Shown: positions 49,071 to 62,000 of the stretch, in pieces | Layout of the letters: each line of letters begins with the position of its first letter | Position numbering within the stretch: position 1 is the stretch's first letter | NCBI RefSeq assembly: GCF_052425735.1 | Contig: NC_135766.1 | Span: 16,864,001 to 16,928,000 of the forward strand | Source: Oculina patagonica | Lineage: Eukaryota | Direction: 5' to 3' | Length of the DNA stretch: 64,000 nucleotides | Program-made: the position numbers and the translations under genes | The notes under the pieces: model-generated | Told to the model about the DNA's origin: nothing | Database searches by the model: none | Seen by the model: only the letters and a program-made list of their open reading frames with translations

Positions 49071-51371
49071 TTAAGGTAACTTGTTAGTCAACCCGTGGAT
49101 GGAATGACAACTTAGAGACTCTATATATCAAAGATGTGCCAAGACAACTTTGAGTGAATTACATCTATAAAGTAACTAATAAAAATACCTTTCTACCATC
49201 CCCACCCCCAACCCCTGTAAGAGGCTTCCCGGAATGAGTATAAGAAGCTTCGAATCCTCTTCCATTATTTCCAGGTATTTTCACTTAAACTTTGAGCCTG
49301 CTTGCAATCTAATTTTTTAAACGAAAATTCAAAGAAAGAAAATCAGGGCCCCGCCATATGTCTTCTAAGCTGACATAGCTTGCTCCAAAGCTGCATTTAT
49401 AGGCTAATCCATGGTCGTACGTCGACTAAAATGAAGTGCCAGAAGTCTTGCGAAAGGTAAAAGCAAATTGTATATTTCATCACAGATAGGTGATTGAACA
49501 CAGTCCATTTCTTATCATTGGGTCTTATTTCCTGCAGTTGCAGTTACCGCTGATGATGCTTCCGGGCTCATGCTTCGTCACGCACCCACGAACAACCTCA
49601 CGGACAATTTACCATGTTTGCCTCTATGCACGAAGAGCCGAAACCATTAATTTAAAGTTTGTTTTAACCCACAGTGGAATTATAAAAACGAAAACTCGAG
49701 ACTAAATTGGTTAAGACAACTAACAATTTCAGATCGATTTCAGGCTGCTTACGGCGGGTACAGATTGAAATCTTCATATGCAACATGTCGACGATAACTA
49801 ATTGAAGGTCAGTAACAAGGTCAAGTGTGAAGATTGTTTTCTTTTTATGGATATTCAAGAGCTTTCAAACCACATAATGTACTGGTTTACTGAAACTCAT
49901 ATCTTGCACCTCGATGCCTTGGAACTAAAAAAAAACATCATGATCGTTCCTTACACTCAATAAATAAGAACAGAATTTAGGGGATATTTATTATAACTGA
50001 AAGGAATATTGCACTGAATATTGCCTTCCGCTAGAGTTAACGGCTATAAATTGTGTTTACAGACACTGTTAATCGCAATTACCTAGATATTGTGTTCATT
50101 GAACTGATCTATAGTGCTTTATTTTCTTGAATTTGGTCCTTGTCTCTTTGTTAGAACCAGTCTCTGGTCACTTTATTTTAACAGCTGTTGTCGCCAAAAT
50201 TTAACAGATGCCAAAAATGTTACTTGTGATTTTAATAGAACAAAGCTAAACCTGTAACATGGCAAAAACTGTTTGGAAAAAGGAAGTTGGACTTTGACGA
50301 TATTTGGATCAGAATTTGAGCTAATTTGCATAACTGAAAAATGTTGCGTGACATGGGTAGAAGTTGGCAATTCTTGATTGGCACCTGTCAGTCCAAATGA
50401 CATGAAACTTGCAGTGTGAACTAACCATGGGCTAGTCTTTATGTGTGTGGAATAACAACAAATTTCATTATATTCTGTAGCCAGGAGCGGTGTCTACATT
50501 TGTTGCTTATTTTAGTGGAATTTTGGGGATTTGGGGTCAAAAACCAGGGGGGGGTGGTCTAACTCCCAAGGGAAAAATCGCAAAGCCGACCCACTTTGTC
50601 TTTCAGAGTTATTGGGTGAGCCCTTCAATCTGGCAAAGTTTCATCCAAATCGGAGAGATAGCATGTATCACCCCTGCCTGGTCCTCTGGCAAACTCGTTC
50701 TTAAATTTGTTTTTAGGAAATAAAAAGCGAAAGTCAGTTTTTGCAAGCTCGGCGAAGTGCATCAACCTGCTAAACAGAACCTTACTTTTAAATCAATTCT
50801 CCACAAGCACGCGTGATTATGTTACAAAATTCATGCTTTTCTAAGCCATTTTCAGTCACAATTAGAATTTAAAATACCTGCATTGCAGTAAACATCGTAA
50901 ACCGTTTCTTTTTTTTTAACATGTTTTGCGACTTATAAAATGCCTCCTTAAACCGTGCCACAATCAAATCAAGATGTTCACGGCTTTCGCATTTAAGTAA
51001 AATATGTAACGGATATTATTCCTTGCCATCTCAAATTGCTTTTCTCTTTGGCAAAGAAATGACCCATTTGTAAAAAAAAGTTAAAAACCAACTTATACAG
51101 TTTTGATATATACGGATTCTAAAATTAGGAATAATGCATTTCTACTTGACATTTTGTTGTTTCATCTGTCGTAAAGCTAATATACTGGGAAGCATGTTGC
51201 TCTTAAAGGTAAAAGCATTAAACTAAATGTCATTGCTTTTGTCGTCCAGCTAAATTCTTTTTTATCGTTAAGATGAATTCAGATGAGTTCAATTCGACAT
51301 ATTAATTGTAGATGTGATGTGATATTTGGCGGCATTCTTTTGCACGGTTTTGACTGTGTTTCACAATAATG

Positions 51372-54300
51372 CCGCCTTGACTTTTTCCTAATTTCTAAAA
51401 AACTAAATGATCTAACCGAAAATTGCAAAATTTTATACGCACCCGAAACAGATCATTCAGCAACACTGATACACGTTAAATCCGATGAACTGAGACATAA
51501 GAAAGGTCCCGGTTTCTGGAAATTTAACCAATCGCTTCTTAAAGACGAAACCTATGTCTCCAGATTGCGTACAGAAATTCCCAACTTCAGAGAAAAATAT
51601 AGCAACGTCGACGACTTAACCCTCAAATGGGATTTAATTAAGATGGAAATAAGAGGTTTTACGATTAAATACTCTAAAAATAAAGCAAAGAAAAGAAAAT
51701 CTGCAGAAATTCACCTCCAAAACCAAATCAATGAACTCTACAAAAAGGCTGAAAAACAACCAAATAACAAGCAAGTTATTAACGAGATCTATCATATTAG
51801 AACCCGCTTAAAAAATATCATGCATCATAAGACAAATGGGACGATTCTTAGAAGCAAAGTCAGGTGGCATGAGCACGGGGAACGAAATACGAGATATTTC
51901 TATGGCTTAGAAAAACGAAATTATGAAAAAAAGACAACTACAAAATTGAAGCTTTCAGATGGCAGTTTCACCAACGACCAATCCAAAATTCTACAGGAAC
52001 AAATGCACTTTTATAAAACCCTTTATACATCAAATAAGCAAAGATCTGCGACTTTAAGCGATCCTCTCTGCAGTTTCAACGAAAACATCATTCCATTAGA
52101 AAATGACGACATGTTATCGTGCGAAGGAAAAGTGACTCAAGCGGAATGCTTAAAAGCTTTAAACGAGTTCAAAAATGAAAAATCGCCAGGTACAGATGGG
52201 CTACAAGCAGAATTCTACAAACACTTCTGGAAAGAACTGCACACCGATATGTTACAATGTTTTGATTACGCCTACGATAGCGGTAAACTATCGATATCTC
52301 AAAGACGTGGAATTATAACTCTCATCCCGAAACCGAACAAAGACACTACTGTACTCGATAACCTTAGACCAATTTCGCTTCTTAATACTGATTATAAAAT
52401 ATTAACGAAAGTCATTGCAAAACGGCTAGAAAAAGTACTTCCAAAAATTATTAATCCCGATCAGACCGGCTACATTAAAAACCGGTACATTGGCGAAAAT
52501 GTTCGTTTAATTTCCGACATCATGAACTACACAGAAGAAAATAACATTCCGGGAATCGCCCTATTTATAGACTTCAGAAAAGCCTTCGATACCATTGAAA
52601 GGGATTTTATTAACAACTGCCTTGAAAAATTCAATTTTGGGCCGAACATCAAAAACTGGGTTAAAATTTTGTACAACAATGTCTCCAGCTGTGTTCTTAA
52701 CAATGGATTTGCATCGGAATTCTTTTTAGTAGAACGAGGTGTTAGACAAGGTTGTCCGTTGTCCGGACTTTTGTTCGTAATTGGCATAGAAATACTCGCA
52801 AGAGAAATTAAAATTGATACCGGCATAAAAGGCATTAATGTAGGTGAGAAAGAAATTAAAGTCTCTCTATACGCAGATGATACCACTGTTTTTGTTCGTG
52901 ACCTGGATTCTGTTGACCACTTACTAACTCTACTTGATAAGTTCAAAAACCTCTCCGGTCTAGAAATTAACACAACAAAGTCTGAGGGAATGTGGCTTGG
53001 TCCATGGAAAAAGAAAACCGAAACTCCCTTTGGCTTTCGTTGGCCGCGGGACCCGATAAAAGCTCTTGGTATCTTCTTTTCGTATGACACAAATAAAACC
53101 AACGAGTTAAACTTTGCAGAGAAAATCCGGAACTTAGAAAAGACGCTTAATAGTTGGAAGAGAAGAAATTTAACACTCTACGGAAAAATAAACATTGTGA
53201 AAACTTTCGGACTTGCAAAATTAATCTACAATGCATCTGTTCTTGTCATTCCGGAAAATTTTATCAAAGAAATCGAGAAATTGATTTTTGACTTTATTTG
53301 GGATGGAAAGCCCGCAAAGATAAAAAAATCAACTATCATTGGTGAAAAAAAACACGGCGGTCTTAAAATGACTGACTTTAACATCATGAATAAAGCTTTA
53401 AAGGTTGCTTGGATACCACTTTGCAAACCAATACTGACGCGTCCTGGAAGATAATCCCTGAGATCGCATTAGAACATCATGGAGGCCTCTCTTTTCTGAC
53501 ACACTGCAATTATGATATCAACTCGCTGCAACTTAACCGCCTCCCAGGCTTCTATCACGAAGTCTTAAAACATTGGCAGAGCTCAAAACAAGCCTTTCAG
53601 AACAACACATCTCTACACAACGAAATAATTTGGAACAACCGCAACATAAAAATCGAGGGTAAAACAACTTTTTACAAAAATTGGTTCGAAAAAAATATTC
53701 TACGTATTAAAGACCTTCTCCAAAATGATGGTAGTTTCCTTTCTTTTGAACAATTCTCCGAAAAATTTCATCTTGAAACACCTTTTACTATATATTTTGG
53801 ATTGATCAATTCCATTCCGAATGACTGGAAAGTAACAATTAAAAGAACTCCCCGGGAAACAACAGAAAATGGAAATCATAAAACAAACATAATTTCTACC
53901 AAAAACGTCTACTCCGCTATGTTAAAAAACGTATTTTTACCCCCAACCGCTGAAAGCAAAATTTTAAGGTACGGTTTTAACCGAGCAAACTTAAACAAAG
54001 TTTATGAATTACCCTTCCAGATAAAAAATGACATAAAGATATCAATGTTTCAATATAAGCTTATTCATAATATCCTTCCAACAAAAGTTAGCCTTTTTAA
54101 AGCCAAAATAACAGATAGTGATTTATGCCCTCAATGTCTCACTGACAGACACTCTTTAGATCACATGTTCTTACACTGCTCTTTAACTTTATCTTTTTGG
54201 AATTTATTTCAAAACTGGTGGTCCAGCAAAACTAAAGAAAAGATCACATTATCAAACAGTATGATTTTATATGGAATTCTTGACAAAAAGACGCACTCGT

Positions 54301-54964
54301 ACTCTTTAAACTACACGCTTCTCATTGCAAAATATTCTATATTCTGTAAATGTTTACACGATGAAAAACTATGCTTCGAAAGTTTTCTGTCACTCTTAAA
54401 AGAAAGACTTAACATACAAAGAGAAATCGCGATCCAAAATAACAAACTGCCTGAATTCAAAGAAATATATGAAAATCTTTTGTAGTTTTTTTTTTTTTTT
54501 TTTTTCTCTTAAATACAAGTACGTTACCTTTTTTTTCAATACTACTATTTCTACGTTTTCTTTGTATCCTTGTATAATCAAGTTTAACGATAAATGTATG
54601 CACTGTATGTAAAACAAATTGTAACGCATGTAAATACCTTTTATACTTTCTTATTATTTTTTTTCTTTATTCCTGTTCCTGTTTTTTTTTATTGTTTCCT
54701 TGTACTGTAAGCCCTAACACCAATAAAAGCTTTTTATTGCAAAAAAAAAAAAAAAAAAAAAAAAGTTTTTAAATTCAATTAGCCAGTTTAATAATAAGAC
54801 CGCATTTTTACTTAAATAATTTGATTATAGGTCGGAGTGGGACCTTTGCATCTGGGAAACAAACCTTACTCCTTCAATATGCAACTTTTTCTATACAAAT
54901 TATCTAAAAACATAACTTATCAGATGTCATTGACCTCAAAAAAAAAAAAAAAAAAAAAAAAAAA
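51372..54964 (+). mobile_element. 5'-truncated L1/Tx1-like LINE with two poly(A) tails and a 9-bp TSD
   Basis: TSD acaataatg at 51363-51371 and 54965-54973; AATAAA at 54722; A24 at 54741-54764; second A-tract from 54938. Confidence 0.9.
51373..54485 (+). pseudogene. LINE ORF2 (end of APE endonuclease, RT, C-terminal zinc knuckle); single frameshift near 53420
   Basis: RLDFFLIS...TDHS...GFWKFN; KSPGTDG, RPISLLN, DFRKAFD, GVRQGCPLS, YADD; CPQC...DHMFLHC. Confidence 0.92.
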
Positions 54965-55131
54965 ACAATAATGAAGTCTCCAGTAATTGTAGTCCTTTGT
55001 CAACCATCTGATTTGAAGAAAGTAGGACTATTATTTAATAAATAGACATGGTACATGTCTATTTATTATAAATTCATGTATCATACTTTTAAAAGCATAC
55101 ACCTTTTTAGCCAATCAGAACGCGCGCCGAA

Positions 55132-55661
55132 TAGGCTTTTATAGATTGTGCTAGCATAATTTTTGGCATAATTGGAGCTAAAAAGCATAATTTGTGAAAC
55201 GAGCACTGCCACGGCATAATTAGCAATTTTTAGCACTTTTTGGAGCATAAATTCATAAAATGTAGTAAATATGGTGTACTTTCTACAGAAATAAATGAAA
55301 TTTAGGTAGTTTGTTCTTGCAATGCGTGTTTTAGCTATACAATTGTGATTGTTAAGTCGTTGGAGGTATTTTACAAACGGTTTAGAGATGCGAGCAGCTA
55401 ATTTGGACAGCTGACGGCCGTGATAAACTGCCATAAACACAAATAAATTTACAACAACAGTTTATTTAAAAAAACATCATAATTTGGTGTCGTTATTGCG
55501 CACCTCTATGTATAGAATCTACGTCATTTTGTGAGCATAATTTCGGAAATCAGAAGCATAATTTGGGAATTCTGGCATAATTTTTGCATAATTTGGCAAA
55601 ATTTTGAGCACTGCTAGTAGCATAATATGCCACTTTTAGGAGCACAATCTATAAAAGCCTA
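55132..55661. mobile_element. hAT-like MITE with 8-bp TSD GCGCCGAA
   Basis: gcgccgaa-taggcttttatagattgtgct ... agcacaatctataaaagccta-gcgccgaa; internal gcataat repeats. Confidence 0.88.
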
Positions 55662-55869
55662 GCGCCGAATCTAATCTGTGTCCTAATTTGGAGATAAAAG
55701 AAAGAAGACTTTTTGAAGCGAAATTATTGGATTTCATTTGCGGATATATTGTGCCGATAGATGTTTTAATTCATTACGGTTTTGTGTTTGAAGCGCTCGC
55801 ACCCACAGTAAGGCAGAATCTCATCTTTTTCGACACTTATTTCTTTATTCGTTATCTTTACTATATTAA

Positions 55870-57212
55870 TAGGAAATAGATTTAGCCAAGCCTAAAACCG
55901 GAGCTCCACACTTATTTTCTTGTTCTAAAAATTTTGTCAAAATAGCTGTTACTGAAGTTACTAAACGTATACTACTCAAAAATATTCAAAGCGGCAATAA
56001 ATTCTCAACTTCAATCGCAGAAATTGCGCTTACAAAATGTTATCATTGCCCTAAACAAAAAAATAAGATTTGAGCCCGCAATTAAATGGAAAACTATAAC
56101 CTGGTCAGCGGTCAGCTTCAACAAACACATGACCTCGACGAGCTGTACACCGGATACTGGTCAGCGGATACCTTGTTTTGACAGTTTTCAATTGATCATA
56201 GGATGGATGTCTAATATCAAAGATACAAGCCGACGTTTACATTAACATTCGTTGGGATATGGTAAGATGGCATTCTCCTCCACCAGTCAGGTTGCATTGT
56301 GACTCTCCTCCTCCACCCCGAGAGTCTGTAGGCGTGCGCGGGCGTTCACTCACTCGATAACAAAAATTTTCCGGCTTCATGGGTTTACCAAATTTCAAGA
56401 AGGTAAAAAGCGTTCTCTGGTAAAATAATTTTAAAAATTATTAGCTTTCGACAGCAAGACTGCTGTCTTCGACGGATAAAAATAAAGTGATAAAATGGAC
56501 CTAAAAATTTGAATATGACTAGCGAATCAGTATAAAGTTAAAAGTATGTGTAAAAGAATGGTAAAAGAATGCTAAAAGTGTATAAATTACTGTTTGTTTA
56601 AAAGAATGTTATATTGTCCTGGTAGAGGGCACGAATTGTTGTCGGCTTCGACTGTTTTTGCCGTGTGCCACGATTCTAGTGTCTTTCTAATGCGATTATT
56701 GCCCTTGTCAATTATCTCCGCATTGTCAAAGTCGATGGCGTGATCAAGAGTCCAGGAATGTTTCGCTATATTGGAGCCTTTAGCACATTGTTTAGTATTC
56801 CTGATATGTTCTTTTCGCCGTGTACTAAACGATCTTTTTGTCTCGGCGATGTAACTCAAGGGACAAGACGCACAAGGGATTTTGTAAACAACATTGCACT
56901 GGTCGTCGACCCGAGGTCGAAACTTGGGAACAGGGAACTCTTGATGTAGTGTCTTGATTGGTTTGTTGGTTACTCGGATATCGTGACTTTTGAGAATTCT
57001 TGTAAGAGGTTCGGTAATACCTTTGATGTAAGGAAGGACCGCGAAACTCCTACTATTCATTGGATCAGCCCAACTGAAGAACATCCCAACCAGTTCTTCA
57101 GGAGAAGGTGTTGGGGGAGTCGAAGATTTCTTTCTAATAATATTCTAATTTCACCAAATTTCCTTACCCATGGTGCTCCGCTGGAGTGCTTCGCGCGCTG
57201 GAGCTTTGCTTT
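55870..57212 (+). mobile_element. Possible Helentron-associated (DINE-1/HINE-like) element split by the Penelope insertion
   Basis: 5' ggagctcc motif and 3' ggtgctccgc...gcgcttcgcgcgc-like hairpin...ggagct end; family assignment is tentative. Confidence 0.4.
56397..57152 (-). mobile_element. Penelope-like 3' fragment with GIY-YIG endonuclease (ORF 56587-57084) and 10-bp TSD
   Basis: LPYIKG...NVVYKIPC..C..SYIAET.R....R.KEH...IAKH; TSD accaaatttc at 56387-96 and 57153-62; degenerate hammerhead-like gaaga-cagcag-ucuu-gcuguc-GAAA at about 56445-56475. Confidence 0.85.
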
Positions 57213-58659
57213 TATGACCTTTTGGACTGCCTGTAGATATAAATAACTGTGGCTATAAGCCACAAAACTCGGAAAATGTATTTGGAAACAAGAATCGACC
57301 AACAAACTGACAAATAAAGATTTGCCAAAACGAATTATGCTAAACATTCTACACTTCAGTTCACTTCACTTAGCTTGATTTTCATCTAGCTGCTCATCAA
57401 GAGCAGGCCGAAAGGACAAGAGATAGAGTTCCCATCCGTTGCAAATTGTTTTCTTTCTCTTTATCTTTCCTTTTTGATTTTTGAAGGTTAGGCAAAATAT
57501 TGGAAAAATTAAGCTTTGGTCTATTTCAAGAAAACTGACATTAAAACAATGCTTCGGCTGGCAATTAAGCATGTTAATATTATGTAATTTAACTAGAAAA
57601 GTAAGTAATCAGAGAACAGGTCTAATTCTCTAGAGGTCTTAAAACACTTGCACGCATTGCGTGCCTATGTTTAACAGGAAACGAGTGAAGGATGGAAGGA
57701 GTGAAATTCACTTCGCTAACTACAACTCTTTCCGAGTTAAAAAGGGAGGTTTTAGAACTACCTTTGTGTTGGGAAATAAAGTGCGATGCGACTTTTTTCC
57801 AAAATATATCTTCTCCACAAGCACGCGCGACTTAGCAAATTCGTGCTTTTAATTTCTTAGCACTTTCAGCCAAAACTCGAACCAAAACATTTGACATGGT
57901 AGTACACATTTAAAAAGTTTCTTTTAAAATCGTTTTGATGATTGGTTGTCATTATTCAAACACACTTAGGTGCATTACTAGCTATTTTTAACGTGGTTTG
58001 CGGCTTAATAGAATGCCTCCCTTAACTGCACTTTAATCAAATCAAGGTGTTCACGGCTTTCGCATTCGCCCAAAAAAATTTAATATTATTCCTTGCGATC
58101 TTAAATAACCTTCATAATATGTGGTCAACGAAATAATTCGCTTTTTGAAAGAAAGATAAAAAACTATTAGAACGAGTCGTTATCTATAAATACGTATTTT
58201 AACAACAATAGGAATATTGCACTTCGGCGTGACATTTCTCAATTTATCTGTCGTAAAGCTGTTATATTGGGACGCATGCTGCTCTTAGAGGTAAAAGCAT
58301 TAAAAATTTAAATGCCTTACAACTGTGATGTGATATTTGGCGGTATTTTATTTTACGCCATCAGATTGTGTATTGTGTTACAATAATGAAGTCGCCAGTG
58401 GTTATTATCTTTTGTGAACCATATGATCTGAATACAGAAGGAATCTTTATCATGTATCATACACTTAAACAGCTTTTTAGCCAATCAAAACGCGCGATGA
58501 ATCCAATCGAGATGAAAGAAAGATAACTTATTGCAGCGAAATTGGATTTCATTTCCGAATATATTGTGTTGGTAAATGTTTTTAATTCATTCAAGACTGT
58601 GTCTCCAAAGGCGCTTGTACCGATAGCTTGGTTGAATTCGAGCACTAAAGCAGCACATC

Positions 58660-59770
58660 ATGTCACTAACATCCAATACTACGATTTTAACAAGTCCTAA
58701 CGAAACTGCACTGGACCAACAGAACTCATCGTGTATCTTTGTCGATTCGACTGCAGGGAAAATTTCCAAAGTTTGCGCTTATTGTTTTATTCCGTTGGGC
58801 AGTCTTTTCGAGAACATCTTCATAATCATCATCGTCTACAAACACCGAGATTTACGAAAAACAATTAACTATTTCATCGTGAACATGGCCGTGTCGGATT
58901 TTTCCCGCTAGTTGTAATCCCTTTTCAGATGACTGTATTGCTGACTGACTCAGGGCATTGGCCCGTCAGTGGAATCTTAGGATCGATATTTTGCAAGTTG
59001 CATGTTTTTGCAAGCTATATATCGTCCCACGTTTCTGCTCAGAGCAAAGTGTGGATAGCAATTGATAGATTTGTCGCTGTCGTTTTTCCGATGAAACGTG
59101 AGCTTATCTCAGCCAAGATTCGTACAATAGCCGTCGCATCCACTTGGATTGTTGCAGGCTTGTTTAATTTTCTACAACTAATATCTTTAGGACTTGTTGT
59201 ACATGGCAATAACACATATTGTTCTCAAAGAAACATGGTATCGCTTTTCACTAACCTAGAGGCTATCGCGGCGTATAACTGGCTTCGAACGACTTTCTTT
59301 GCTATCGCTCCGTTATTTTTAATAACCATTTTGTACACTGCCATAGCAATTGCCTTAAAAAGGCAGAATAAAATCCTCGCGGACACCGCACCAAAAGTAA
59401 AACAACAGTCTTCAAATGTCTGCCGTTATCGTAGTGCTGTTTAACATTTGTGTTATTCCCTTTATTTTCTTACATTTCTTAGTTCAGCTGGTGAACTTTC
59501 TTGTGCCCTTTTTAGATTGTTCGACTTTTTGCGTTGTTCGTTTATTCCTCATCTTCTATTATCAATCCAATAATTTGTCTGTTATTTGTTGAAAGTTATC
59601 GTCGTGGATTGAGAAACATTTTATGCCCGTGCACGAGAATGCGGAGCAGTGAAAAGGCGAAACGGGAGCCAATTGCTCTAAAAGAAATAAAGAAACTTCC
59701 TGACGAGAACTGTCAAGGAACTTTTAAGAACACAAAAATTGACGGAGAAACGTTAGATACTCTTTTGTAG
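58660..59770 (+). pseudogene. GPCR copy 4, pseudogene
   Basis: Three ORF pieces; frameshifting deletions near 58900 and 59410. Confidence 0.9.
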
Positions 59771-60088
59771 AGAAAGCCATGGATGCCATATCAAAAAAGC
59801 AAACACTTTTCATGACTGCTGGGAATTTCGCCTGCCTGTAGATATATATGGATGTTTTAGAACTAGTTTGTAAAAGGTTTGTATCAGGGAAATAAAGAGC
59901 GAATGCGAGTTTTTGCAACACATACATTCTCCACAAGCACGCGCGACTTAGCAAACTCATGCTTTTTAACTTCTTAGCAATTTCAGCAAAGAGATAAAAC
60001 TAAAACTGTTCGCATGGTAGTACACAACTAAAACAGTTTCTGTTAAATTAAATCGCTTTGATGATGGTTGTCATTATTCACACACATT

Positions 60089-60205
60089 TAGCTTAGTTGG
60101 TTAGAGCGCCCAACCGGTATCTGGGAGGCCATGGGTTTGATTCCCGTCGGGGACTCAGATTTTTTCTTTGTCGCACGCTCGTGTCATGTTGAACAATTTC
60201 TTCAT
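60089..60205 (+). mobile_element. tRNA-derived SINE
   Basis: A box tagcttagttgg, B box ggtttgattcc, T-rich tail; absent from paralogous units. Confidence 0.7.
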
Positions 60206-60861
60206 CACACTTGAGTTCATTGCCATTTTTAACGTGTTTTGCAGCTGATAGAATGCTTCCATAATTTGCATTCGCACAAAAATTAATGGATATTTTTCCT
60301 TGTGTTCTGAAATTACCTTTATTCTATGTGGTTAAAGAAATTACTCGCTTTTCAATGGAAGACACAAGACTTTTAGTACGATCTCTATCGTAAATACGTA
60401 TTCTAACAACAATATGCCTTGGAAAATTACATTTCGGCATGACATTTCTCATTTTATCTGTCGTAAAGCTGTTATATTGGGACGCATGCTTCTCTTAAAG
60501 GTACAAACATTAAATCTAAATGCGTTAAAACTGCGATGTGATATTCGGTGGCATTTTATTCCACGGTCATGGCTGTGTTTTACAATAATGAAGTCTCCAG
60601 TAATTATAATCTTTTGTGAACCATATGATTTGAACACAGAAGTATATCATATTCTTAAAAAAAGTATAGGTTTTTAGCCAATAGGAGCGCGCGCTGAATG
60701 CAATCTTTGTTATAATTTGAAGATGAACGAAACAAAACTTTTTGCAGCGAAATTGGATTTCATTTGGGAATATTGTGATGACAGATGTTTTAATTACAAT
60801 TTTGCTTTTGAAGCGTCAGCACCCACAGTAAGATTGAATTCGAGGACTAAAACAGCACATC

Positions 60862-62000
60862 ATGTCACCAACATCCAATACGACGATTTTAACAAGTCCT
60901 AACAAAACTACACTGGACCAACAGAACTCATCGTGTATCTTTGTCGATTCGACTGCAGAGAGAATTTCCAAAGTTTGTGCTTATTGTTTTATTTTCCTGG
61001 GAAGTCTTTTCGGAAACATCTTCATAATCATCATCGTCTACAAACACCGAGATTTACGTAAAACAATTAACTATTTCATCGTGAACATGGCCGTGTCGGA
61101 TTTTCTTTTTCCACTGGTTGTGATCCCTGTTAGGATAACTGAACTGCTGACTGGCTCACGGCATTGGCACGTCAGTGGAATCATAGGACCGATATTGTGC
61201 AAGTTGTTTGTTTTTGCAATGTTACGTCCGCCCACATTTCTCTTCAAAGCTTGGTGTGGATAGCAATTGATAGATTTGTCGCCGTCGTTTTTCCAATGAA
61301 ACGTGGTCTTATTTCAACCAAGATTCGGACAGTAGCCATCGTATCCACTTGGATTGTTGCAGGCTTGTTCAATTTTCCAAGTCTGGTAAGTTTTGGACTT
61401 GTTGAACATCAAAATTACACATATTGTACTCTTAGCAACAAAGAATCGCTGTTTACTAACCAGGAGGCTTTCGCGGCATATGACTGGCTTCGAACGATTT
61501 TCTTTGCTCTCGCTCCGTTGGTTTTAAGCACCATTTTGTACACTGCCATAGCAATTACCTTAAAAAGGCAGAATAAAGCCCTCGCGGGCACCGCACCAAA
61601 AGTACAACAACAGTCTTTAAAGAAACGAAGACAAGCTAGGAAAATGTCCGTTGGTATCGTAGTGCTGTTTTACATTTGTGTTATTCCCTTTGTTTTCTTT
61701 CATTTCTTATCCCGGCTGGCGAAACCTTCTTGTGCCTTTTTGAGATTGTTTGACTTTTTAGCGTATTTCATGTATTGCTTTTCTTCTACCGTCAATCCAA
61801 TACTTTGACTGTCATTTGTTCAAAGTTATCGTCGTGGATTGAGAAACATTTTATGTCCCTGCTCGAGAATGCAAGTCAGTGAAAAGGCGAAACAGAAGCA
61901 AATAACTCTAAAAGCATTAGAACCTCTTCCTGAAGAAAACTGTCAAGGAACTTTCAAGGACACAGAAAACGACGGAGAAACATTTGATACTGTTTTGTAG
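60862..62000 (+). pseudogene. GPCR copy 5, pseudogene
   Basis: Frameshift near 61220; TGA at 61806-61808 replaces the Cys of NPxxC; homologous C-terminus runs to TAG at 62000. Confidence 0.9.

Larger units (their letters stand above)
39408..50700. mobile_element. 11.3-kb non-autonomous DNA transposon with ~1-kb TIRs and TTAA TSD (Sola3- or Kolobok-like)
   Basis: TTAA (39404-07) GAACGAG ... CTCGTTC TTAA (50701-04); TIRs about 39408-40415 and 49695-50700. The joined flanks match the empty paralogous sites at about 15680 (-), 59865 and 62425. Confidence 0.9.

Noticed and set aside
39408-50700. Polinton/Maverick
   Set aside because: No AG...CT termini, no 6-bp TSD, and no polB, integrase or capsid remnants recognised.
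52527-53102. Antisense ORFs such as 52527-53102 and 5637-6128, and short ORFs in TIRs and MITEs
   Set aside because: They are shadows of RT coding frames or of repeats and have no recognisable motifs.
60089-60160. Functional tRNA gene
   Set aside because: No acceptor stem, degenerate B box, SINE-like tail, and it is an insertion relative to paralogous units.
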